The notes under the pieces were generated by a model. The model was not told the origin of the DNA. It did not search any database and saw nothing but the letters and a program-made list of their open reading frames with translations. The translations under genes were made by a program, and so were the position numbers. DNA of 64,000 nucleotides from NCBI GenBank assembly GCA_951406725.2, contig OX597816.1, forward strand, positions 60,946,001 to 61,010,000, written 5' to 3'. The DNA comes from Octopus vulgaris. Lineage: Eukaryota. The stretch's first letter is position 1, and each line of letters opens with the position of its first letter. Positions 13,431 to 24,326 of this stretch are shown here, in pieces.

Positions 13431-14824
13431 CCAAAGGAAAAAGCAAAAATTTAATAATCAAACACATCAGTTAACTTGGTATTTATATTAGAATAAATTG
13501 AACCAGTACCTGGATTAAAAGAATGGTGGTGAATATTTTGCGATGATATTATAAAGATACAGACGCTAAATGAAAAAGCTTCAGTACACGATGCTAAAAT
13601 AGTGATGAAGTGCATGGAATGGTTATGTAAAACTTGGAATCAAAGAATTTAAATTCTGAATACAGAATATAACTAAATGTTTTACAGGGTCAATTACTTC
13701 CCCCAAGAGGATATATATAACACAAGTAGCTTTTGAAGTACCCTAGCACAGAGGAAAGGGATATGCAAAATAGTTCACCTACAACAATATACATAATTTT
13801 GATAACTTATCAGAAAATGTCAGTCAGTCTCTTAATTTCTTTCATTCATGATTCATTGATTTAATAACGACAGACAGCAGGTCATTTACAGGCAAAAATT
13901 ACAATAAAGAAGAAAATAAATAAGATAAAAGTAAAAACATTGATTTCCTTTTAGAATTGGTAGCAGCAACATTAGAACATTAGAAAGGTTCACTTTATGA
14001 AGAATAGAAACTCATAACTATTAATCGAAAGCAATGGAATAACAGAAGTGAATTGAAATTGCTCAACCATTTCTGGTAATAAAATGAAGACACCATTTGT
14101 AAAAAGAATAACAAAGCCTGGGTGTTGATTTAGCATACAAGTGTGTCAATAATAGGTTGAAAGTAGTTAAAGAAAATCAATGACTGATTAGGAGAATACA
14201 AGACAAATGACCATTAACACAGCAACCATTTTGTTTTCATCTTTAATTTCTAAAGAGGAAGGACATTGCTGTAGCTTATAAAAACACTGAGATTACACTA
14301 AAAATGTTTGGAGTTGGTGATATTGATACAGATAATATGCAGCAGAAATAATCTAGGCCATGAAAGATACAGAGTACACATATATGTGAAGAGGAGAATC
14401 AGAGATCTGTAAACCAGTTGCTGAGCTATTCAGAACAAACAACATTTTACATACTATGGATTTAAGGAACAGTATCCAAACGATAGATTGTGCAATGAAA
14501 TATCAGAAAACTATTTAAACACAAGAAAGTTAAAATTTAATAAGCTTAGAAGCCACGGTCATCTGACTGTTTGACCAGCCAGAAAGAAAAGCCAAACCCA
14601 TATTGGATAATGTAGTCAGATGCACAATGCTATTAACAAAAGACTGAATGATCATTATCGAACTGCCTTTAATCAAAGGTCACTTTGATCAGAACTGACC
14701 AGGGTCTATAACATATTTGATATTTCCTGATTAAAGATAATCAATTTCATATAAAGTAAAAGTTATTCAATTAAAAATTATTCTTCAGTTTAAAAAATAT
14801 AATAGTGAGAAGATAATAAATATA

Positions 14825-15057
14825 TATTTCTTTACTACACATAAGGGGCTAAACATAGAGGGGACAAACAAGGACAGACAAACGGATTAAGTCGATTACA
14901 TCAACCCCAGCACGTAACTGGTACTTTATTTATCGACCCCGAAAGGATGAAAGGCAAAGTCAACCTCGGCGGAATTTGAACTCAGAACATAATGACAGAC
15001 GAAATACTGCTAAGCATTTCGCCTGGCACACTAACGTTTCTGCCAGCTCGCCACCTT
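14825..15057 (-). mobile_element. SINE family B monomer (tRNA head, Meta-like domain)
   Basis: Head ggtggcgagctggcagaaacgttag, B box gagttcaaattcc, block cctttcatcctttcggggtcgat..aagtaccag; flanking direct repeat agataataaa. Confidence 0.92.
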
Positions 15058-15274
15058 AGATAATAAAGATAATAAATATAACAAACTGGATGAGACCAAT
15101 CTTTGCAGGGATGATGATAGTTTTTGCAGATATGAAACAGGAAGGTAATTAAGAATGGAAACATTTTCAATGCACAAAACAAAAGATTGTTATGGTTTGA
15201 ATAACAAAATCAATATTTAGAATATCACAACTGTTAATACTTCAAAATTATTACTAAAATAACAATATTGGTAC

Positions 15275-15388
15275 CTTATAGGCTTCTTCAAGCAAGAGCA
15301 TACAACTGAAAATTCCAAATGAATCTTCTTAGTGCTTCTTGCACTTTAAGGGCAGATGAAGTTATAAACCCCAACAGCCACAGTATTC
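15275..15388 (-). other. Candidate non-coding (5'UTR) exon, 114 nt
   Basis: Minus strand tttttccctctcAG|...AAG|GTacca; stops in all three frames. Confidence 0.3.
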
Positions 15389-15778
15389 CTGAGAGGGAAA
15401 AACATAATGATGAAGGAATGCCACAAAAAGCCTATAATTAATGGGATTTGTGGTATTTGTCATCTGATACTTGTCAACAGAAGTGTTTGATTACAAATTA
15501 GAATCCACAGCACAATATTACTTTTCAATGTGAATGACTTCATATCCATTACAGAATCTCCTTAGTAAAGGCATAAGCATCACATAATACCATATCTAAC
15601 AGATCTTTTAAAAGAGACCATCTTCACAATGTCCTGAATTTTTCCAAACAAGCTAGGGATATTCAACCCTACAGAATGAATCCAGTTAAGTTTTAAGATC
15701 TTGCTTTGTCTTCACTCAACCTTGCCAACTGTAATCCAGAACAAACTATAGCAGCCAGATGTAAACTTGTTTGTAGAT

Positions 15779-16744
15779 CTTACTCTTTTACTTGTTTCAG
15801 TCATTTGACTGTGGCCATGCTGGAGCATCACCTTTAGTCGAGCAAATCGATCCCAGGACTTATTCTTGTAAGCCTAGTACTTATTCTATCAGTCTCTTTT
15901 GCCGAACCGCTATGTTACAGGGACATAAACACACCAGCATCAGTTGTCAAGCGATGTTTGGGGAACAAACACAGGAACACAAACATATATACACACATAC
16001 ATACACACACACACACATGGCTTCTGTGCCGGTGGCACATAAAAAGCACCATCCGAACGTGACCGATGCCAACCCCGCCTCGAATGGCTTCTGTGCCGGT
16101 GGCACATAAAAAGCACCATCCAAACGTGGCCGACGCCAGCACCGCCTCGACTGGCTTCTGTGCCAGTGGTATATAAAAAGCACCAACCGATCGTGGGATC
16201 CCGGAACATCTCGCTGTGCTTGAGGAGACCTGTTGAGTCAAGTGCATGTACATGAACATCGAACCAAATATCAATGGAAACAGTAGTTGTGATACTTGTG
16301 CTGGTGACACATAAAAAGCACCATCCAAACGTGGCCGTTGCCAGTGCAGCCTCCACTGGCTTCTGTGCCGGTGGCACATAAAAAGCACCATCCGAACGTG
16401 ACCGATGCCAACCCTGCCTCGAATAGCTTCTGTGCCGGTGGCACATAAAAAGCACCATCCGAACGTGGCCGATGCCAGCACCGCCTTGACTGGCTTCTGT
16501 GCCGGTGGCACATAAAAAAGCACCAACTGATCGTGGCCGATGCCAGACCCCTCTGGCACCTGTGCAGGTGGCACGTAAAAAGCACCCACTACACTCGCGG
16601 AGTGGTTGGCGTTAGGAAGGGCATCCAGCTGTAGAAACACTGCCAGATCAGACTGGAGCCTGGGGCAGCCCCTGGCTCCCCAGACCCCGTCGAATCGTCC
16701 AACCCATGCTAGCGCGGAAAACGGACGTTAAACGATGATGATGA

Positions 16745-16792
<48 letters not shown>

Positions 16793-16950
16793 CACACATA
16801 TACACGATGGGCTTCTTTCAGTTTCCATCTACCAAATCCACTCACAAGGCTTTGGTCGGCCTGAGACTATAGTAGAAGACACTTACCCAAGGTGCCACAC
16901 AGAGGAACTGAACCCGGAACTATGTGGTTTGTATGCAAGTTACTTACCAC
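15779..16950 (-). mobile_element. SINE-A split by element D at its microsatellite
   Basis: 3' half 15779-16017 and 5' half 16800-16950. Confidence 0.9.
16018..16748 (+). mobile_element. Element D: SINE-like element with an internal 67-bp tandem array and (ATG)n tail
   Basis: Eight copies of the tgtgccggtggcacataaaaagcacc motif, then tggttggcgttaggaagggcatccagc and acggacgttaaacgatgatgatgat. Confidence 0.85.
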
Positions 16951-17467
16951 TTTTGTCTTGTTTTGTTTTTTACAACTACTACATTGAGATATAAACTTTC
17001 TGACCTTGCTAATTACCACCCTAAAGAGAGGGAATTAATCATTTATAACAATCTTCACCTTGACTAAATTTGAAGGAGAGTACTAATATGGTTTCAGAGA
17101 GCAAATTGTAATCACTGTTGATGTTCTTGTGTCAGAGAAATGGTATAAAGCTTTGTAAAATTGTCAAAATTCTGCTCATTTAATAGTCTGTCATTTAACA
17201 GACTCTTAATCATCAATAACTTTCCATTTCCCATACATCCCTACAATAGATTAATTTCTAATTTTTGAAACTACCATTGAACCAATACCAAACTACTATC
17301 TTAATTGCTGATAATATCATTTTGTTTACACAAAAATTCATTTAAAAGTCTGGTGTATTAGCTATCAATTTATGCGTTGGACCAAGTGATTAAAGTCTAT
17401 CAACATCAGTTCACTTCAATCTTTATATTACTTCCCATAGCACACATCATTCCTACACAATTAAAGG

Positions 17468-17670
17468 AGCCTCCGCGAGGTCATTCGGCTTGTGAGAAAT
17501 AGCAACTAAATTTCCCTTAAATAACACTATGCTCTTTTAAAAGGGAAGGACATGCTGGAAAATATTTAGATATACTGATATATATCTGAAAATAAGGTGG
17601 AATGGTCAAGACTGGGACGCCTTTCATTACAGGTCTGTTTGATCTAAGCTGATGTGGGACTAAACAAGTC
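17468..17670 (+). mobile_element. Old interspersed family E (representative copy)
   Basis: gaaatagcaactaaatttccctt...ggacatgctgga...gatctaagctgatgtgggactaaacaa; related copies near 6985, 9650(-), 11880, 14560, 26250, 33230, 42025, 49825(-), 50650(-), 51190. Confidence 0.7.
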
Positions 17671-17952
17671 TGGAATTTTGCTTAATAATACAAAAAACAT
17701 TACACTCAGTGCACAGTACAGATTACAGATAAAAGTGAAAACATAAAAAGCAGTAAATCAATGATATCCACACATCATACAATCAACATAGCAATAAAAG
17801 GAGAAGCTACTAATTAACCACACACACACAAACAGATATAACAACCAAATCGACCTAAAGTAAACAGGACACCAGATTACAAAACACTCGTAAATCAAAC
17901 AAGGGAAGCCTGTTTGTGGTCGCTCCAAATCTCTCTCAAACTACCATATACC

Positions 17953-18191
17953 TATTCCTTTACTACCCACAAGGGGCTAAACACAGAGGAGACAAACATC
18001 GCCGGACAGACAAACGGATTAAGTCGATTACATCGACCCCAGTGCGTAACTGGTTCTTATTTAATCGACCCCGAAAGGATGAAAGGCAAAGTCGACCTCA
18101 GCGGAATTTGAACTCAGAAGGTAACGGCAGACGAAATACGGCTACGCATTTCGCCAGGCGTGCTAACGTTTCTGCCAGCTCGCCGCCGCCT
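17953..18191 (-). mobile_element. SINE-B monomer
   Basis: Family-B consensus; short flanking repeat tatacc. Confidence 0.92.
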
Positions 18192-18390
18192 TATACCGTT
18201 ACAAAAAAACAAAACAAAAAAAATTAATTAATACATTCGATTAATTAGCCAAGGTACACAGTGTTCATGCAAAAAGATGGGATGGTCATGGGTGGAATGT
18301 CTTTGTTCAATAGACTTGTTGAGTCAATGCTCATCGGTGGCTAAACAACAGTAAATAGTGCACCAGAATCAAGCCAACACAATCTCATAC

Positions 18391-19300
18391 CTGATAATCT
18401 GTCAAGATCCTAGTGCTCTATTTACTGTTGTTGGTTTAGTTTTTACATACAGGTGCATATCGATAAATGGATCGATCCAAAACAACTGCTTATTTACTGC
18501 ACTATGTCATTTTCTGAGGGTGACTTTCATTGACATTTATCTTTAAACAACCTCAATAAACGGATCTTTCACATTCCCACTGCCCCTATCCAGTTATGCC
18601 CTCCCCTATCGATACACTCTTCTACCCTCGTTAAATTTCGAGTACGCACCTCTCGACTTCAGATTCAGTTTAGCTTTATGGGGTAAATTTTCTTCTTGAT
18701 GGGTTTTGTGTATGTTCCACAAGGATCAGATACTAACTGAAGCGTCGACTCTATATTACTATATCTCTGCCGTGTGAACTTAACATTTCTTAAATATGAA
18801 AAGTGTTTTGCGCTGATCACTAAATATTCTGCGAGAATAGTCTGTTTTGTATGGCTGACTATTTTCGTTTGTGACTAAAAAGGTTGGGGAATTTCTCGTT
18901 GATCGGAAATCGATAAAAAAAAAATTTAAAGACGAGAGAGATGGTGATCGAACTATTAAATATAATTATTGAGGAAAGCAAAAACAACAACACATTGAGC
19001 AAAATGGGAGAGAGATTATGCGAGGCTTAAAATGAAGAGGAAAATCCGATAAACAACCACGAAATAGGGAAATTCCATAGAACATTCCGATGTAAGACAA
19101 GAGTGGAGGGGGATGATGTGTTGCTGCATTGGGCGAAAACTGGTTGACTATATTTGGGAAAACTGCATTCCTTGCTGCTCCTAGAATGACCGGCAAGCAA
19201 GGTGTTAGAGGTGTAGTAATTTCACGTCTATAAACGTTATCGGGAGATCAGGTGAGCTTGCAAAATGAGAAAAGGAGAGAGAGAAAAAGTGTGTGAGAGA
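18391..19300 (-). promoter_or_regulatory. Candidate promoter / first exon region (CpG-retaining)
   Basis: Minus-strand donor CAG|GTATGA at 18390; two TATCGATA palindromes (18458, 18607); unique CpG-rich sequence at the edge of the CpG-depleted domain. Confidence 0.4.
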
Positions 19301-19993
19301 GGGGGGAGCGCGTGCGTGCGTGCGTGCGTGTGTAGCAGAACGAAAAATATGGAATACGTAGAGATAAAGTGGAACAAATACACGAATAAATAAATAAATA
19401 ACTAGATAAATGAAATAAAATAAATAAATGAGTGGGTGAGTTGATTGAATAACAAGTGATGGGGAAGAAAATATAAAATCTAGCACAAGATATCAGATTT
19501 AGTCTACCTTCCTCCTTCAACTGCTTGCTTGCTAAATGTTCAAAATCTCTTTCCCCACCTACCCTGCTTCCCTCACTCCTTCTCTGTCTACCAATGTTAA
19601 ATATATGGGAATTAAAAAAAAAAAGAGAATCATATATGTTACACACAGAGGAGCATGCACGAGGTCGATGGGGGGGGGGGGGGAGCGTGTGCGTAAGCAA
19701 ATTCGTGTGTAAGTCAGTGTGTCAGTGTGTGTGTGTGTGTGTGTGTATACAGTGGTATTCTCTCCAACTGAAATAGGAGACACATGGCATAGTTCCAACA
19801 GAAATAAATGCAGTAAAGAGGCCATGTGTTTTATGCAGTCAATAAATAAACATCAAATTGGAGACATGCACCATACAGCAGGTCATTTACTCGTTCTTGT
19901 TGATTATTGGATTTAGATTTATTTTTAAGAAATAATAGAAACTCTATGTATTTGTGTGTGCATATTTGATATACATATTATACACACGCAAAT

Positions 19994-20026
<33 letters not shown>

Positions 20027-20030
20027 CACA

Positions 20031-20222
20031 CACACTTTATTAATAAAGCATATTACTCTACCTCTGGTATCTGAGTACTCTTTTTTCCACCTTGTTTCAC
20101 ATTTATGTGCTTTATCGGTATATATATATATATATATATACACACTTTATTAATAAAACATATTACTCTACCTCTGGTATCTGAGTACTCTTTTCTACCT
20201 TGTTTCACATTTATGTGCTATA
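20031..20222 (+). repeat. Direct duplication of an ~85-bp unit within (TA)n; possible Penelope-like terminal fragment
   Basis: cactttattaataaa(g/a)catattactctacctctggtatctgagtactc...cttgtttcacatttatgtgct occurs twice. Confidence 0.7.
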
Positions 20223-20275
<53 letters not shown>

Positions 20276-20690
20276 CACACACACATAACAGATCTTTTGC
20301 TAAGGAATGACTCTCGTATACATATCTCTTATCTTATTTCAGTCACTGGGTAGCTGCCGATGTTGGGCGCCACTGCCTTGAAGGGTTTTAATGGAACAAA
20401 TCGAAGGGGTTTTCTTGTTGCACTTTTGCTGAACCGCAAGTTTACGGGAATGTAAACAAACCAAGACCGGTTGTCAAATGGTGGTGGAGGAAACAAAGAC
20501 ACACACTACCTATCCTATATTTTTGACGGGATTTCTTTCACTTTCCGTCTACCAAGTCTACAACTGGAAACATCAAAAACATTGGATATTTTCGCAATAC
20601 TTTATTTTATCCATGTTAACGTTGTTTAACCCCAGGTCAACCCAGATCGAGCAGACCTATAAAACATTCAGGCTATGATCATCATCTCTT

Positions 20691-20960
20691 ATTTCTTTAC
20701 TACCCACAAGGGGCTAAACACAGAGGAGACAAACAAGGACAGACAGACGGATTAAGTCGATTATATCGACCCCAGTGCGTAACTGGTACTTAATTTATCG
20801 ACCCCGAAAGGATGAAAGGCAGAGTCGACCTCAGCGGAATTTGAACTCAGAACGTAGCAGCAGACGAAATACCGCTAAGCATTTCGCCCGGCGTGCTAAC
20901 GCTTCTACCAGCTCGCCGCCTTTAACGCGTTGAGGCAAGTGCGTGTAAGAGCAGAGTGTG
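20691..20960 (-). mobile_element. SINE-B with 40 bp of extra 5' sequence and a 17-bp TSD
   Basis: TSD tatgatcatcatctctt at 20674-20690 and 20961-20977; inserted into a family-E copy. Confidence 0.92.
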
Positions 20961-21216
20961 TATGATCATCATCTCTTTACACGAATATGGCTGAATTGAA
21001 TCCGATTTAAAGATTGAGGATTTGAAGATTGCTGTTTCTTGCAGGTCAAGAAAATATGTAGAGATTCCTTATTAGCTCATCCCGAGTAACTTCCAAAAAC
21101 ATTAATCTCTTCCCATTACGTGATGCAGATATGACAATGTGGTCCTCGGTTCGATTCCACTGCATGGCACTTGGGTTAACCAATGCCTTGAGAGCAGAAT
21201 TTGGTTGATAATTACC

Positions 21217-21917
21217 GGGTAGAATTCTGGCTTTTGAAGCCCATATAACCACTAGCGTAGCTAGCAGGATGCGGTAGGGGCTGTCTGCCCCGGGCGGCAC
21301 TTTTGAGTCTGCTGTCTATGATTTTTGTGGTGTCCGGGGGCCGCGGCAATCGGAAGGGCCGTCCCGGGCAGAACACACTCTAGCTACGCTATAGCATATA
21401 ACCCCTCGTAACTTGTTTATTTTTTTGATTTTTCAGGAAATTTTTGCGAAATATTATTCTACATACGGGAATTCATACGCTTATGCTTAAATTTGTTTTT
21501 GTTGTAATTTTTACCCCCACTCCGATATATTCAAAAATTTTCACTTTTCCGAATTTTTCTTTTGAAATCAAATTTTTAAATACGGACAGTCGAAATTTTT
21601 TGCTTAAATCCCAACAGTGGACCACGCTTGGGTGCATCATCATTTCATTTGATGTGTTTATGGTGAGAAAAATATTGAAAAACATTAATACATGTCAGAA
21701 TGACAAAGAAACGAAGATGGTATCAAGTGGTCAATGGATGTGTTAAAAATAACAGTTAAATCGCCCTTAAATCACACAAATTTCTTCTATTGTATAATTG
21801 AATGAATTCCCGGATGTAGAACACAAATTTGCAAAACATTTCTGAAAATTCTAAAAAATAAAAAAATTATGAGGGTTAGGGTTAGGGTTATGGGGTGCCT
21901 AAACCAGAATTCCGCCG
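21217..21917. mobile_element. Non-autonomous TIR DNA element with (TTAGGG)3 in the right TIR
   Basis: Left ggtagaattctgg...taacccctcgtaa..ttttttgatttttcaggaaat is an imperfect inverse of the right end 21825-21917. Confidence 0.6.
21250..21394. mobile_element. hAT-type MITE
   Basis: TIR tagcgtagctag/ctagctacgcta; 8-bp TSD catataac at 21242-21249 and 21395-21402. Confidence 0.85.
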
Positions 21918-22302
21918 ATTATTGTATAGAAAACCGTCGTGTATGTATGTGTTCCGGTTATCTGTACTTTGCGTTCAAATCCGCCGACGTCAAAATTGCT
22001 TTCCACCTTTTGGGATTGATAGATAGAATACTTGTTGAGAACTAGGGGTCTGCAAGGGGTAAAAACGCACCTCCTAAAATTTTTTGTCGTCAATGAAAAC
22101 GCTTCGAATATCCTGGGTTGGACATGAATTCGAACCCACTAAGAATTTCTTTCCTGCACTTGTATTTTGGATGTTTCGCTGTGTCAAGGATGGGAGAATG
22201 CTTGTGTCCATTTGCGACTACAGAGGCATCTAAAACCGTAAGTGAAAGCGAGTGACGACCATGTATAAAGTATATATATATATAGAGAGAGAGAGAGAGA
22301 AA

Positions 22303-22541
22303 GAGAGCATTATCACACATAGATGCCTCACGCTAGGAGGGACTCTTAAAGTCAAAACTACTAAAATAAATAAACACATCGTACTGAAACAATTCTTGAA
22401 GCAGCTCATTTAAAAGCAGAATTTAGCCGCATAAATGACCTGCTTCGAGAATTGTTTCGGTACCATGTGTTTATTTATTTTAGTATTTTTGACTTTAAGA
22501 GTCCCTCCTAGCGTGAGGCCCATATGTGTAATAATGCCCTC
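22303..22541. mobile_element. Foldback MITE (~105-bp inverted arms)
   Basis: gcctcacgctaggagggactcttaaagtcaaaa... pairs with ...ttttgactttaagagtccctcctagcgtgaggc; ~20-nt spacer. Confidence 0.85.
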
Positions 22542-24029
22542 TATATAATATAAATAAATAAATTTAAAGGAAAAAAATTGATGGGTTTTTTTTTCTCTTA
22601 TGAGGTTTTTCACGCTAACTACTTGATAAATTCTTATGAAGATTTTTATCCTATTTTAAAATTATATATACATATAGGTGTGTATGTTTATTAACACCGG
22701 TATAACCAGTATAAAATACCGGTGTTGTTTATGTCAGGTATGTTTATGTTCCGCAGTGGAGCAGTTTGACAAGAGAAGAATGTTCCGGGCGTGGCTACAG
22801 CTCAATGACAGAAACCAATAGAAAAGGCTACCAGGGTGCACAACTAACTCATTTCTTGACATAGCATCTCATCTCATCACGTATCTGATGATATCTCTGG
22901 AACAGTCACTTACTCAACTTCGCACGCAACTTTTACTTTCGAAGTTAACGATAAAATCCATATAAATAAATGATCCACACCCAAATCTTCAGTTGAAGCA
23001 AATCTCCCACCACGCTTATCATATATTTCACATTGTTACGAGACTAACTTTGCTTCTCACCATCAGCACTTTAATATTCGCTTTTCCATGCTGGCATGAG
23101 TTGGCTAGCTTTGCCGCATCATCACTCATTTTCATATTTTATACTGCGAGAACAAACATTTATTAAAACTATTTTTCAGCCATTGATCGTTAGTGCCTAT
23201 GCTCTTGCTATATATATATATATATAATTGTCATATATTATATTACAGATAAATTCCTCTATTTACATAATATCGTGGTCTCATTCATTCTTTTGTTGTC
23301 ATACCATTACTCTGTGTGTGTGTGTGCAGGGCCGGAGCAATGTTAAATGATACCCCAAACACAATCTGATCCTTCCCTTGTCTGACAAGACATTATATCA
23401 TGAATGCTAAATGTGAAATAATATACTAAGAATGTTGTTTCCTTCTAAGTCACACCTCACAACTATAAATATAATTTGCTTTCAGATTTTAACAATCCAA
23501 CATTAAAAAAACAGCAAGCAATATGAGCAAACTATTTACTTAAAAACCAGAGGTAAGAGGAAAATGCATATTTTCAACACAAAACTGTTATAAGAGAAAA
23601 TACAAATGCAAAACATTGAAAACGATTTTTCCTATAGGAATCGCTGTTGATGGTCAATTTTTGAAGAAGGAAAAAGAAATTCTAGTAAAATACACACAGT
23701 CACACACACATAACAGATAAATAGAAAATCAAAATTCTTTTATTTAATTGGTTTCTAACCATAAAGATACAAAGCATTTCAACATTCAAAATAGTTATTG
23801 GTTACATATAACTTATACTTTAGAAAGTTTTCTCCCACTTTGATCAAATTCTTAAAACTAATCGACAAATCTGCTTACATTTAGCAGAGAGAATGCATCC
23901 TGTTTATCTTATCGCATAAACTGCTGTTGTGATTTTTAATATTTCAACTGAAAGGCCTAATCTAACTCATATTTGTACCACGTTCCATATAACTAATTTT
24001 CATTGCCCTTTTATTTAGTAACACATTAT

Positions 24030-24326
24030 CTCTTTTACTTGTTTCAGTCATTTGACTGTGGCCATACTGGAGCACTGCCTTTAGTCGAGCACATCTACCC
24101 CAGGACTTATTCTTTGTAAGCCTAGTACTTATTCTATCGGGGGGGGGACAGACACACACATACATACATACATATATACGACGGGCTTCTTTCAGTTTCC
24201 GTCAACCAAATCCACTCACAAGGCTTTGGTTGACCCGAGGCTATAGTAGAAGACACGCAGTGGGGCTAAACCCAGAACCATGATAGTGCGTAAGCAAGCT
24301 ACTTACCACACAGCCACTCCTACGCC
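24030..24326 (-). mobile_element. SINE-A with internal deletions
   Basis: Family-A tail and head present; middle block missing. Confidence 0.9.

Noticed and set aside
13480-14530. Decayed pogo/Tigger-like transposase
   Set aside because: Impression only; no diagnostic motif could be read.
16018-16590. CRISPR array
   Set aside because: The would-be spacers are homologous to each other, there are no cas genes, the context is eukaryotic, and the array is continuous with a SINE-like body.
15915-16640. 241-aa and overlapping ORFs
   Set aside because: Read-through of the 67-bp tandem repeat.
21870-21890. Telomere
   Set aside because: Only three TTAGGG units, inside a TIR.
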